From positions 32,001-96,000 of IMG/VR virus record IMGVR_UViG_3300045988_123324: DNA of 64,000 nucleotides, one strand, 5' to 3'. Positions 20,382 through 30,170 of this stretch are shown here, in pieces. The notes beneath the pieces are model-generated. The model did not search any database, was not told the origin of the DNA, and was given only the letters and a program-made list of their open reading frames with translations. This DNA is from a virus. A program made the translations under genes and the position numbers. Position 1 is the stretch's first letter; every line of letters begins with the position of its first letter.

Positions 20382-21424
20382 TCCATTACTGAAATAATGT
20401 ACCTTCCTAGGTCATCTTCAATACAAATAAAATCATCTTCAATATATAGCCTTATATCATTCTCCATGTTTTTCAGAGTACCTAGAACATAGTCCGTCTT
20501 TACAACTGCCACACGGTTTTCCATATTCACTTCTACATCAATACGCTCCTCAGATGTCCCCTGTGTATTCCTAACAACAAGACTTCTGTCCTCAACGCAA
20601 AACTTCACTGTTGGTTCTTCAAATGGATTTCTAAATACAGACTGTCTCTTTATTACATTCAACATATCTTTTTTTGACAGTATTATAGGCTGATTTTCTG
20701 AAAAATCCATCTCTATAAATGGTTTAACCACGTCAATAGGAAAATCATCCCATACCTTGTTGTTAAACTGTATTTCAAAGTTATCACAGTGCGCCCTATA
20801 TTTTCCCATGAGTATATCATTATCTAGTTTTGACAGAGACTCCACAATAAATGGTTTGATTGCACCCGTGGGAAGATTAGGTATTTTTGTCACAGCCAAA
20901 ATCATACTATTTGTAGTTACAAGTAAGCCATTATAGTTATAATACAACTTGAAATCTTCATGGCTGTCTCCATCATAAACAGCAACCTTATTTCTCTTTA
21001 TCGCAAGCTCAAAATCACTAGGCTTATATACAACCTCATTAGACAAATCATCCATAGATAGCGGCAGAACAATATCTGATCCATCCGCTTCTAACTGTAT
21101 CGGTATTTTGTATTTTCCATTCCCTTTAAACTCAATATATTTACCCATGTTCTTTATTTCTACAGTGTCTTTTGTTGTTAGTTTAAGTAGTTTAAGTAGA
21201 ATAGATAAAGAAATTACCGAATTATCAATGTCATTTTCACAATCGACCTTTGCCACAACTGTTGTAAATCCGTCAGTAGAACCAAGTTTCATTATTCCTT
21301 CTTTTGCATATAACTCAACTAACCCAGTAATAGGTTTTATAGGATTATAGGTTATCAGCGAATGTATCATTGTCACCGTGTTCAATAGCTCTTTTGTATT
21401 CACGCTGTTTCCTCTCATAATCAA
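20378..21424 (-). CDS. putative sliding clamp (DnaN-like processivity factor)
   Basis: About 350 aa. The N-terminus (L..V..I......PI.GLVEL.A....KLGSTDG) resembles beta-clamp domain 1, and the gene lies in the replication cluster. The true start is uncertain. Confidence 0.5.
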   Translation of the reverse strand: MIMRGNSVNTKELLNTVTMIHSLITYNPIKPITGLVELYAKEGIMKLGSTDGFTTVVAKVDCENDIDNSVISLSILLKLLKLTTKDTVEIKNMGKYIEFKGNGKYKIPIQLEADGSDIVLPLSMDDLSNEVVYKPSDFELAIKRNKVAVYDGDSHEDFKLYYNYNGLLVTTNSMILAVTKIPNLPTGAIKPFIVESLSKLDNDILMGKYRAHCDNFEIQFNNKVWDDFPIDVVKPFIEMDFSENQPIILSKKDMLNVIKRQSVFRNPFEEPTVKFCVEDRSLVVRNTQGTSEERIDVEVNMENRVAVVKTDYVLGTLKNMENDIRLYIEDDFICIEDDLGRYIISVME

Positions 21425-21638
21425 ACACTATGTCACCACTATCAAACAACTCTTCTAGCGTTTTATATGGTGTCATATTTTCTAAAAACCAGTATGTCCA
21501 GCAATCATTATAGACACCAGTTGGTTTATGTATACCTGGCGCCCATCTTCTATTCTTTGGTTTTTTCACACTATCCCTCTGTGACGATACTTTTGAAGAA
21601 CTTTCCCATAATTCGTCTATCTTCATGTTTTCAAACAA
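21345..21638 (-). CDS. hypothetical protein
   Basis: 97-aa ORF that overlaps its neighbours at both ends. Confidence 0.4.
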   Translation of the reverse strand: MFENMKIDELWESSSKVSSQRDSVKKPKNRRWAPGIHKPTGVYNDCWTYWFLENMTPYKTLEELFDSGDIVFDYERKQREYKRAIEHGDNDTFADNL

Positions 21639-22648
21639 TCACCTCCACTCAATGCTTCTTTTATACCACCTAAAACATATGTAGCACAAGGAATAGCAAT
21701 ACCATTTCCAATGGCTTTATATCTTGCTGAACTCCCTCCGTGAGCAGTATACCCAACTGGAAGTCCCTGTAGTTTTTCACATTCTGACAGTGACAACTTC
21801 CTAAGTATTCCAGAACGGCTTGAACTATTATATGTATGGATAACAGGTATTTGATTTCCACCCGTACCCATTCTTGCGTTTAAGGTCTGTATACAGTCCT
21901 CTCCAACATATCTAAGGGCTTCATTTGCATGAGTCATATCATAGATTGTATTTTTAATGTATCCATTAGTTCCATCGACAGAAGTATCTGATTTTCTCTC
22001 ACTCTCCGAAGTATTCCAAGACACGCTTTTGGACTTAAATAATACTTCTGCAAACCTTCCTTGCCCCCCCCCGTTGTTTGGTCTAAAATCTGCGACAAGG
22101 AAGATTCTCTTTCTTCTCTGGGGAACTCCCCAACCTCTTGCATCAGTGAGCCTCCACGAAATGTCACAGTTTTTGCTTCTAACCAATCCTGCGTTTGCCC
22201 ATCTTCCAGATCTAGGTATTGGAATATTGGTTTCTGAGATTTCTTCAAGCACAGTTCTAAAATCATTCCCTTTATTGGTTCCAAATGCGTTTTTGACATT
22301 TTCCCAAACAATGAACTTTGGGTATTCTCCATTAGTCGCTTCCCTCATCTCTCTTATAATGCGTATAGCTTCATGAAACAAGCTACTTTCTTTTCCATGT
22401 AAACCAACCCTATTTCCTGCAACACTCAAATTTTGACAAGGACTAGAGAATGTAATAATATCAACCGTCTCAATCTCTTTTCCATTAATATGCCTAATAT
22501 CTCCTAACTGTTTAACATATGGAAAATGAGCATTGCTTACTTTCATTGGAAACGCTTCAATTTCACTACTCCACAGCGGCTTTATTCCAAGTCTCTCTGC
22601 CACAAGCATCCAAGAACCAATGCCGTCAAATAGGCTTCCTAGTGTCAT
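21623..22648 (-). CDS. DNA (cytosine-5)-methyltransferase
   Basis: Motifs LFDGIGS (I), SSPCQNLS (IV), WENV (VI), QRRKRIFLV (VIII) and GNGIAIP (X). Start set at MTLGS (AGGAGG RBS) downstream of the promoter. Confidence 0.9.
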   Translation of the reverse strand: MTLGSLFDGIGSWMLVAERLGIKPLWSSEIEAFPMKVSNAHFPYVKQLGDIRHINGKEIETVDIITFSSPCQNLSVAGNRVGLHGKESSLFHEAIRIIREMREATNGEYPKFIVWENVKNAFGTNKGNDFRTVLEEISETNIPIPRSGRWANAGLVRSKNCDISWRLTDARGWGVPQRRKRIFLVADFRPNNGGGQGRFAEVLFKSKSVSWNTSESERKSDTSVDGTNGYIKNTIYDMTHANEALRYVGEDCIQTLNARMGTGGNQIPVIHTYNSSSRSGILRKLSLSECEKLQGLPVGYTAHGGSSARYKAIGNGIAIPCATYVLGGIKEALSGGDCLKT

Positions 22649-22672
22649 TTTTCTTCCTCCTTGCACATAGCA

Positions 22673-22701
22673 AGTATAACATATTTATGGATTTTTGTCA
22701 A
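22673..22701 (-). promoter_or_regulatory. sigma-A-type promoter TTGACA-17-TATACT
   Basis: Minus strand reads TTGACA, then AAAATCCATAAATATGT (17 nt), then TATACT. Confidence 0.65.
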
Positions 22702-22702
22702 A

Positions 22703-22727
22703 CAAAAAGGCAGGTTTTATCCTGCCT
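22703..22727 (-). terminator. intrinsic terminator after the SSB gene
   Basis: Minus strand reads AGGCAGGATAAAACCTGCCTTTTTG. Confidence 0.7.
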
Positions 22728-22734
22728 AATTTTA

Positions 22735-23499
22735 TCAAAATCCGTGGTTCACCGACCGTGCGCGTGGTGTAACAACTTCCTGCGGTGTTTCCTTCTTACC
22801 AGAGGGATATTCACCAGTCTCAAGATATTGATTCATTTGCTCCGCTGTCCAATTCTTGATATAAGAATCAGCGCGACCAAAAATATCGTCATTCTGTACG
22901 TTAAACTTCGCACGCAGACTTGCAACACTCTCCGATGTATCCAGTGCATTCCCTTCAAAGTCCTTTCGTGCTTCAAACAGATTCCACTGTGTCTGCGCTG
23001 GTGTTGCACCATTCACACGTTCAATCTCAATATAGTTATCAATTCCATACCGTGTCATAAACCCCATTAGATTTGTGCGATAATAATTTGTTGACCGAGA
23101 GAACAATTCATAATTATCTTCCCTCTCTCCCTTATAGTTATAAAGGCTGATAACAGGTGCATAGAAAGAATCATTCACTCGTGTAACCATCTGCGGGAAT
23201 GGATCAGATGCAAACTTCTTTGCAGCTTCACATAGCGGGCATCCATCACCAAGGCAACTAACCTCCACTGGATATGTTTTTCCATTCTTACGAGTCATTC
23301 GTACTGTATGGGTGCTATAAATCTCAATGTCCTCTGGTTTATCAACAAGCATCCGAACAATAGTGTGTGCCTTATTCTCCTTTAGCTGTACCTTATTCAA
23401 AAACTTTCGTGTAGTATTCTCAGCATGTGTATTATCATTCTTTGTTCGCTTATCAAGTCTCGCGTTCATTTCTTCAAAACTAATTCTCGCCATAATCAA
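22735..23499 (-). CDS. putative gp32-like single-stranded DNA-binding protein
   Basis: H...C..DGCPLC zinc-site-like pattern preceded by a basic OB-like region. Located between the primase and methyltransferase genes. Confidence 0.5.
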   Translation of the reverse strand: MIMARISFEEMNARLDKRTKNDNTHAENTTRKFLNKVQLKENKAHTIVRMLVDKPEDIEIYSTHTVRMTRKNGKTYPVEVSCLGDGCPLCEAAKKFASDPFPQMVTRVNDSFYAPVISLYNYKGEREDNYELFSRSTNYYRTNLMGFMTRYGIDNYIEIERVNGATPAQTQWNLFEARKDFEGNALDTSESVASLRAKFNVQNDDIFGRADSYIKNWTAEQMNQYLETGEYPSGKKETPQEVVTPRARSVNHGF

Positions 23500-24503
23500 A
23501 TTCCTCTTTCTTCTTTACAATAATTCATAAAATCATCAAATGTTTCTAAATAACCATAGTCATTTATATCTTTTCCTTTTTCCTTTATGACTAATTTAGA
23601 TATAAATTTATTTCTATCCAATTTTCTGCACAGCTTATTGCTCGCCATTTCTCCTGCTGAATCATTATCCAGACATAATATTATCCTCCTGTAGTCCAGC
23701 TCCCTTAACATATTTATCTGATAATCACTGCCTGTACCTAACAAGGCAACAGCAGGTTTACCCCATTTAACCAACATAAGTGCATTTAGTATGCTTTCAC
23801 ACACATATAGTTCAACAGATTTAGAAAAATTCTTTAACACTTGATATATCCCATATAAAGGCTTATCAACACCATCTGGTATATAAAATCTTTTTCCTCT
23901 AACACTTCTCTTAACAATAAACAAGGATCTTCCTTTTGTGTCGTGTACTGGAAAGGTTATGCAGTCAGTCAACTTATCATATCCAACATCATAGTCAACA
24001 ATCTGTTGATATTCCAGATACCGTTCTTTCATATATGGATGTATAAAGGAATATTTTGCTAGCTCATCTTCACTAACATATTCTTGTTTCTTTTCTGTAC
24101 TTTCTTGCTTGATTGGTGTAAAGAAACAAGCACGATTGTCAACGTCAGATGTAAACCTATCTATTAACCACCTAGCACCAAATGCACCACCGTCATTTAA
24201 GCCAAAACAATGAGAAATGAATTTTTCTATTGTGACCTTTTCATGACAACTGAAACAATGACAATATCCAATAGGTATAACCCTATTTATTTTCTTTATT
24301 TCTCTTGTTGTCATTCCCATAGACGGCTTCTTCTCTATGCCGCCACCATGATACGGGCAAGTAAGCATTATGCTTCCAGTATTTGCAGTCTTATAATTTA
24401 TATCATGGAGAAGATTACTGCCTGACATCCTAAGTTCTGTTTGTAATAATCTTAATATATCAGGAATATTAGCCAAAATTGGCACATCATCAACTATTAT
24501 CAT
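23496..24503 (-). CDS. DNA primase (zinc finger plus Toprim)
   Basis: CPYHGG...CHCFSCHEK zinc-binding region. Toprim elements YVCESILNAL and LCLDNDSAG. Confidence 0.8.
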   Translation of the reverse strand: MIIVDDVPILANIPDILRLLQTELRMSGSNLLHDINYKTANTGSIMLTCPYHGGGIEKKPSMGMTTREIKKINRVIPIGYCHCFSCHEKVTIEKFISHCFGLNDGGAFGARWLIDRFTSDVDNRACFFTPIKQESTEKKQEYVSEDELAKYSFIHPYMKERYLEYQQIVDYDVGYDKLTDCITFPVHDTKGRSLFIVKRSVRGKRFYIPDGVDKPLYGIYQVLKNFSKSVELYVCESILNALMLVKWGKPAVALLGTGSDYQINMLRELDYRRIILCLDNDSAGEMASNKLCRKLDRNKFISKLVIKEKGKDINDYGYLETFDDFMNYCKEERGI

Positions 24504-24684
24504 TGCTATCCTCTAATATATCATATTTAACACTGACCCGTGTTTTCAATATATCAATCAGCGTATCTTTTATGTAATCATTCCATGAATTTAAGTTGCA
24601 CTTTTCTTCTGGAATGACAAGAGTTATTTCTTTTGGTAGATGCTCTGTAACACTCTTCCAATCAAGACTTGCTTTAACTTCCAT
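24490..24684 (-). CDS. hypothetical protein
   Basis: 64-aa ORF downstream of a consensus promoter, with an AGGAGGTG RBS. Confidence 0.5.
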   Translation of the reverse strand: MEVKASLDWKSVTEHLPKEITLVIPEEKCNLNSWNDYIKDTLIDILKTRVSVKYDILEDSNDNS

Positions 24685-24708
24685 ATAATCACCTCCTGCT
24701 AAAAGATG

Positions 24709-24737
24709 ATTATATCACAAAAAGCTGAAAAAGTCAA
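24709..24737 (-). promoter_or_regulatory. sigma-A-type promoter TTGACT-17-TATAAT
   Basis: Minus strand reads TTGACT, then TTTTCAGCTTTTTGTGA (17 nt), then TATAAT. Confidence 0.65.
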
Positions 24738-24797
24738 TCTATCACAGCAAGTAAGATTCCAATTATTGCAAAAACAACAACTGTCCCAAATATCATT

Positions 24798-25673
24798 TTA
24801 GAACAACTCCTTCATTGTTTCCTTGATCTTATCTGTAACCATAACATTCAATAACTTAAAATTAACATTTGGATTCTTATACTTCTTAACGAAGTTATAC
24901 GTTTCTTCTTTTACAAACTCACGCCACACAACGCCAATAAGTCTAGGAATCATTTTACTGTTCCACTCACCAGCATCATTCACAATCTTCTCATACTCTT
25001 TTCGGATAAACTGCTCTGTGCAAAAGTTATCAACTATATCCTTTTCAACACTCTTACCATCAATAGGTTTATTTGCTTTCTTTGTCTGCTTAAACTCCCC
25101 GCGAACTATCTTAGCCCATGTAGTTCGACCATATTTATTTGTGTAGTCATATCGCTTTACACAAATACCCTCGCCAAGATTTCCTTCTGTTTGTAGAAAT
25201 GTGCATTTATCAACATATTCTCTTACTTGTTCCTCTGTCGGATTTTCAGGTTTTGCAATCAGCGGAATATACTCAATTCCAAATTCTTCGAGCATCGGAA
25301 CATATTCTTCATAAGCAAGATATGAGCCATCCTCTCGCATAACATCAAAAACATACAGCTTTCTCCAAGCATCCTCTTCGTATGTGCGAATATGGTGCTT
25401 TACAAGCCATTCACCATACAGATAAACATTTGTGTGTTTCTCAAAAAACTTCTTGAATTTTTCTTGGGATAATACATAAGCATATGATCCTGCATTATCA
25501 TTTTCTATAGTAAGTTGTCTGTTTCTGCTTCCTCCACATACAACACCATCTTTATCAAACAGCACCATGTTACTTCCATCCAACTTCGTAAACAGATACA
25601 CAGTTCCATTAAGTATTCCTTCAACCTCTGACGTTCCAAGTCTTTCGACATGCTGATACTTCTGATAAATCAT
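24798..25673 (-). CDS. ATP-dependent RNA/DNA ligase (nucleotidyltransferase superfamily, Rnl2-like size)
   Basis: KxDG adenylation motif FTKLDGSN near the N-terminus, and a later YLYGEW motif. At 291 aa it is too short for a classical DNA ligase with an OB domain. Confidence 0.6.
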   Translation of the reverse strand: MIYQKYQHVERLGTSEVEGILNGTVYLFTKLDGSNMVLFDKDGVVCGGSRNRQLTIENDNAGSYAYVLSQEKFKKFFEKHTNVYLYGEWLVKHHIRTYEEDAWRKLYVFDVMREDGSYLAYEEYVPMLEEFGIEYIPLIAKPENPTEEQVREYVDKCTFLQTEGNLGEGICVKRYDYTNKYGRTTWAKIVRGEFKQTKKANKPIDGKSVEKDIVDNFCTEQFIRKEYEKIVNDAGEWNSKMIPRLIGVVWREFVKEETYNFVKKYKNPNVNFKLLNVMVTDKIKETMKELF

Positions 25674-25683
25674 AAATATACTC

Positions 25684-25866
25684 CTATCTAATTATTTTAT
25701 ACGCAGACCACGCTATTGCTCCAAACAATGCGTGATTAACAATAGTAAACTCTGTTCCAATAAGTAGATTGCTTAATGCAAAAACTGTGCCGAATATGAA
25801 GAAATAAATCATTAAAGACACTAGAACTACTGATATTTCATAAGCAATTTTATTCAAAAGTTCCAC
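25684..25866 (-). CDS. small membrane protein
   Basis: 60 aa with two hydrophobic helices. Confidence 0.45.
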   Translation of the reverse strand: MELLNKIAYEISVVLVSLMIYFFIFGTVFALSNLLIGTEFTIVNHALFGAIAWSAYKIIR

Positions 25867-26294
25867 ATCTTTCTTGCTTTAATAAGACTGTCAATATCTG
25901 TAAAATAGTTATTAAGAGATTGGCTTTCAATAAAGCCGAGAACTTCTTTAAGATCTGATATTCGTCTGTAATCATCTTCAAATAGCGCCTCTGCTTTTAA
26001 TCTGTTTATTTCACTTGAGACAGTCTTTGCCAGTTTCTTTCTCATTTTTCTATATCTATTTGCAACATTTATCTGCAAATGGCATTTACACGGCTTTTCA
26101 TTCTTTCGCAATTTATATGCTGTCATTCTATGTAATTTGCCACAAAACAAGCACTTACATATGCACCTGTGTCGCGTTCTTCTACTTTCATTGGTATAAA
26201 ACATATCTTCTAATACGATATACCCATTTATAATTTTCCCCTTTAGCTTACTTATTCGCGGTTTATTTTTAGGTTTTTCCCCTACAAAAATCAT
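25854..26294 (-). CDS. hypothetical Cys-rich protein (one degenerate copy of the zinc-ribbon repeat)
   Basis: RHRCICKCLFCGKLH....KPCKCH resembles one repeat of the three endonuclease-like paralogues. Confidence 0.45.
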   Translation of the reverse strand: MIFVGEKPKNKPRISKLKGKIINGYIVLEDMFYTNESRRTRHRCICKCLFCGKLHRMTAYKLRKNEKPCKCHLQINVANRYRKMRKKLAKTVSSEINRLKAEALFEDDYRRISDLKEVLGFIESQSLNNYFTDIDSLIKARKMWNF

Positions 26295-26306
26295 ATAATC
26301 ACCAAC

Positions 26307-27590
26307 TTAAAACATATGCTTCAATTCACTTTTTAGTTCTTCCAACTCTTCCTTTGACGTATCGTCACTCTCAATATCTTCAAGGCTAGGAATAAACGTA
26401 TAACTCATTCTATCAATATCAAAACTATACGTATATGTTTTCCCAGCAATATTCCCACGATTCTTTGATATATAGAATTTCAGTGCATTTTCTGACTTAT
26501 TGATTGACACCATCTTTGTTGCCGCCCTGCTTACATCATAGCTATCGGCAATAGACTCTGAATCATCAAGCGCCTCATCTTCTGAACGCTTTTCTGAACT
26601 TCGTCTACGCGACTGTGCAACAACAACAACAGGAATCTTAAAGTCATTAGACAGTCTCAATAACTGCCTAGCAGCCATACCCATCTTTGCACTGATTGAC
26701 AACTTCCTTGTGTCACCATCTGGTTCAATATATACAAGACCATCAATAAACAATATATCAAGTCTCTTTGATTTAATAAACTGTCTACATTTTGAAATGG
26801 TTATATTACCATCAAAATCTTCACTGTCTGCAACAAATACGTGTTCCTCTGATAGGTTCAGTTCATCAAAATACTTTTCATACCCATTGATTAGTAGCCC
26901 CTTTTGCATGGCAGAATTAGAAAAATGTGTTCTCGAACTATCCCACCTAAAACCAATGGACTGCGTGCTCATCTCTGGGGAAATAAACCCAACTCTATTC
27001 CCCAGCTTTGATGCGTGTTCCGCACACATAGTAAGAGCGACACTCTTTCCCACGTTCGATTTAGCGAAGAACACAAACAATTCTTCACCACGTTGAAACC
27101 CAAGTAGATCTTCATTCAATTCCTTAAATGGTATCTCAATAAAGCTACTTTCAGGATCTCTCTGTCTACGTTTCCATTCCTCTAGCCTTGACCTGTCATG
27201 AATGATGTCAGTACATGAAAAATCCTCTTGTGGTTGTAGCTTATCAATCTGCGATAACAGATATTTGCTTGCTTCATTTGCATTTTTCTCATAGAGTTTT
27301 GATGCTTTATTTATAACATCCACCGCTCTGTTAAACAATACTTGCTCTCGAAGATCATCAACTATAGATTTATCTGTCTGTGTTACAATAAAAAATTCAA
27401 AGTTAGGAAATTTCTCTATAAACTTCTCTTTATCTGGGACACTACCATATTTTTTATAGAAGTCACTTAGGTATTGGAACTCTTTCTTTACCCTAGGAAG
27501 ATATTCCTCTGTAATCAGATTATCTTCAACTATATTAAAGCTCTTGTCGGAGAGGATTTTATTGATTAGCTGATATTCTCCTACGCTCAA
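26307..27590 (-). CDS. replicative DNA helicase (DnaB family)
   Basis: Walker A FFAKSNVGKS, Walker B-like ILFIDGL, RecA-like C-terminal domain, 427 aa. Confidence 0.85.
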   Translation of the reverse strand: MSVGEYQLINKILSDKSFNIVEDNLITEEYLPRVKKEFQYLSDFYKKYGSVPDKEKFIEKFPNFEFFIVTQTDKSIVDDLREQVLFNRAVDVINKASKLYEKNANEASKYLLSQIDKLQPQEDFSCTDIIHDRSRLEEWKRRQRDPESSFIEIPFKELNEDLLGFQRGEELFVFFAKSNVGKSVALTMCAEHASKLGNRVGFISPEMSTQSIGFRWDSSRTHFSNSAMQKGLLINGYEKYFDELNLSEEHVFVADSEDFDGNITISKCRQFIKSKRLDILFIDGLVYIEPDGDTRKLSISAKMGMAARQLLRLSNDFKIPVVVVAQSRRRSSEKRSEDEALDDSESIADSYDVSRAATKMVSINKSENALKFYISKNRGNIAGKTYTYSFDIDRMSYTFIPSLEDIESDDTSKEELEELKSELKHMF

Positions 27591-27593
27591 TGT

Positions 27594-28292
27594 TTATTCT
27601 CTCCTTTCATACGTTGCAACTCCTTTTCTTCTTCCATCGCCCTTGAGTTCAATTACTATATCCGTACAAGCCCTATCTGCAATTCTGCTGTTTATTTTAT
27701 ATAGTTCATCTGGATGCAGATTTGAACTATATAGCGTAGACAACGATTTTGCATATCTTGTGTTGATTATATTGGTAAGTACAGATATGTCATACTCTGA
27801 AGTTCTTACTGCTCCAATATCATCTAATATACACAACTCTCTTTTCATCAATGCCGAAATATGCTCATTTGCAGTTTCTCTATCTTCAAAGTTCTTTGCT
27901 GTCAATAGGAACGTCGGAATAAATTCAAACCAACACCTATCGGAAAATTCATTTCCTACACATATAGTAGCCATATAGGATTTCATTAACTTTGTCAGCC
28001 ACTCAGTCTTTCCATTCCCATAATTATAGCTCCAAAGATATAATGTTCTTCCATTCTTTACAAAGTTTTCTATATCATCTTTTATCTCTGCCAAAGTTGT
28101 AAAAGCATCTATATCTTCAACTGATGGAAATAACTTCTTAGCCACTTCATATCTTTCTGGCAAATTACTTGTTTTCAGTAGGTAATAAAATTCTGGCTGA
28201 ATCGTACATGACGGATCACATCCAAGTTTTTTCTCCCTTGGACACCCGCCCTTAAACACACAATTCTCTGTGTATCTATATTCCAATAACAT
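27594..28292 (-). CDS. DnaC/IstB-like AAA+ helicase loader
   Basis: Walker A YNYGNGKT and Walker B LCILDDIG. Immediately downstream of the helicase gene. Confidence 0.6.
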   Translation of the reverse strand: MLLEYRYTENCVFKGGCPREKKLGCDPSCTIQPEFYYLLKTSNLPERYEVAKKLFPSVEDIDAFTTLAEIKDDIENFVKNGRTLYLWSYNYGNGKTEWLTKLMKSYMATICVGNEFSDRCWFEFIPTFLLTAKNFEDRETANEHISALMKRELCILDDIGAVRTSEYDISVLTNIINTRYAKSLSTLYSSNLHPDELYKINSRIADRACTDIVIELKGDGRRKGVATYERRE

Positions 28293-28323
28293 TACCTCCT
28301 CTCATATAGATTCTACCACAATA

Positions 28324-28353
28324 CAAAAAGAAGGTCAAGTGTTTTCTTGACCT
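28324..28353 (-). terminator. intrinsic terminator
   Basis: Minus strand reads AGGTCAAGAAAACACTTGACCTTCTTTTTG and overlaps the stop of the 28335 ORF. Confidence 0.6.
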
Positions 28354-28544
28354 AATTCATAGTAATCTTTCATTTTCTTTGATCGCCGTATTGCCAACTG
28401 TAACTTTGAAATCAATTCCTCTTTCACAACACCATATTCCATTGACTTTACCATATCTATAATACTTTTATATGGTGCTCTAATTACTATGGTGTCAGAA
28501 GCACAATCAGCAAACACGCTCGTTTCAATCACTATATTCTCCAT
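28335..28544 (-). CDS. hypothetical protein
   Basis: Start taken at MENIVIE. The longer ORF-track start lies inside thyX in another frame. Confidence 0.4.
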   Translation of the reverse strand: MENIVIETSVFADCASDTIVIRAPYKSIIDMVKSMEYGVVKEELISKLQLAIRRSKKMKDYYELGQENT

Positions 28545-29163
28545 ACTCCTTATAAATATCTTCAAAAAACACTGGATACATTCCATGCACAAGTTCAAGC
28601 AGATCATACATAACCACACGAATATCTCTTTGTGCATGACTATCCAGCCGTAGAGTTAGAATATGTCGGAGTTCTCTAAAATTAACGTGCATAAATATAG
28701 TAGTTGCTAGGCTCTGTGGAAGTACACTCCTTGCAACCTCTGCCGACACCTTATCTTCTTGAATCATCTTCATGTAGGCTGTTTCTGCCATCAACATACT
28801 TGTATGCCATGTAGCGTATGCGTGATTATTAAGTCCTTCTGGGACGATTACCTTGATTTCACCAGACTTATTATAGTTACAGTATCTTGTAGATTCTATG
28901 CAAAATGTGGCAAGCCTATGTCTTGTTAGTTGTGCCATTGTCGCTCTGTCGATAACTAACTTTATAGTCACGCCTGCAAACTCAATCGGTGTTAAGTGTC
29001 TATTTTTAATAAGGAATCTAACTATTTTCTCTGCGCTACCCACTGAAATCTTATCTCCACTCTGATAGCAATTCCTTGCAGCTTGTTCAACTGTATTTAA
29101 GGCTTCGTCATACGAAATAGGATTTATTAGTTCAACACTTTTCTTAACTTTAAGCACTTTCAA
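28525..29163 (-). CDS. thyX: flavin-dependent thymidylate synthase
   Basis: ThyX signature LTRHRLATFCIESTRY, 212 aa. Confidence 0.9.
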   Translation of the reverse strand: MKVLKVKKSVELINPISYDEALNTVEQAARNCYQSGDKISVGSAEKIVRFLIKNRHLTPIEFAGVTIKLVIDRATMAQLTRHRLATFCIESTRYCNYNKSGEIKVIVPEGLNNHAYATWHTSMLMAETAYMKMIQEDKVSAEVARSVLPQSLATTIFMHVNFRELRHILTLRLDSHAQRDIRVVMYDLLELVHGMYPVFFEDIYKEYGEYSD

Positions 29164-29837
29164 TCTCCTTTAGTCTACCTACTGCTATGTTGTAGTATTT
29201 TGGGTCAATTTCACACCCAACAAAATCTCTATTTAGTTTCTTACACGCAATGGCTGTTGTTCCAATTCCAAATGCAAAATCACACACAACTTCTCCTTGT
29301 TTTGACGAATTTTCAATAAGAATTTCCATCAATTCCACTGGTTTACTTGTATCATGAAGGTTATTTCCATGTTCATCCTTTAATTTTACGTTCGGAACAT
29401 CAAGAACATCGGCGGTTCCACAGTTATTTATTTTTACCGCTTTTCCTTTTCTGAAAAATAGTATATACTCGAAACTATTCATGTAGTACAGTCCAGCAAC
29501 CTTGTTTCCCTTATTCCATATAAGAGATTTTATGAAATGGAAACCACAATTTTGTGCAACCGTTAAAAACTCGTACAAATTTGTATGGTTACACATAATA
29601 TAGCAATGTCCACCATCTTTTAGTACCCTAAAACATTCTGGAAACCACTCTTCACATTTAACATTATTGTGTCTAAAAACAGTCCCGTCCATACCACGCT
29701 TAGTTGCGAGAAATCCATGATTTTATGCAATTACCTCTTGCAGTAATCTTATATGGAGGGTCACATACAATTAAATCTACAGACTCATCTTTTATCTGTT
29801 TAAAGAAGTCCACGCAATCTGCATTTTCAATAATCAT
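29150..29837 (-). pseudogene. beta-class N6-adenine/N4-cytosine DNA methyltransferase interrupted by a 1-nt frameshift
   Basis: N-terminal 45-aa frame (29700-29837) carries LIVCDPPY. The C-terminal frame (29150-29692) carries FAFGIGTTAIAC. The frames meet at an A4 run (T4 on the plus strand, 29721-29724). Confidence 0.7.
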
Positions 29838-29905
29838 TTTTTATACCAACAACCACATCATACAGAACGTATATAAAAAACACAGATGTAAACAGATACA
29901 CTATA

Positions 29906-30151
29906 TCAAATATAATCATGCTCAATCACCGAAAACCTCTGAACAACATCTAGCCAACCACCATTTTTTCCTTCTTCATAAGCCTCTGTAAATGCTTTAT
30001 CAAAGTTATTCTTGTTCTTTATGTCAGAATATTCAAACATCATCTGCTTAATATCCTTATAGATATTTGGTCGCTTTCCACTTACATATTCGTCAACCAT
30101 TTCACTGATTCTATTGTATAAGTTTCCTACCTGTACTTTCAATTTCACCAT
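29906..30151 (-). CDS. hypothetical protein
   Basis: 81-aa ORF with no motif. Confidence 0.45.
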   Translation of the reverse strand: MVKLKVQVGNLYNRISEMVDEYVSGKRPNIYKDIKQMMFEYSDIKNKNNFDKAFTEAYEEGKNGGWLDVVQRFSVIEHDYI

Positions 30152-30170
30152 TCTCCTTAATCAAAAACAA

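Noticed and set aside
21670-22376. Nested ORFs inside the C5-methyltransferase gene (21670-21861, 21934-22332, 21957-22376)
   Set aside because: They are alternative frames of a gene whose main frame carries all the canonical methyltransferase motifs.
24734-24796. 20-aa hydrophobic micro-ORF (MIFGTVVVFAIIGILLAVID) after the ligase gene
   Set aside because: It is too short to support without expression data, and its 3' end overlaps the -35 of the next promoter. Noted but not annotated.
29704-29991. Plus-strand 95-aa ORF
   Set aside because: It lies antisense to the DPPY-containing N-terminal fragment of the methyltransferase. No RBS.
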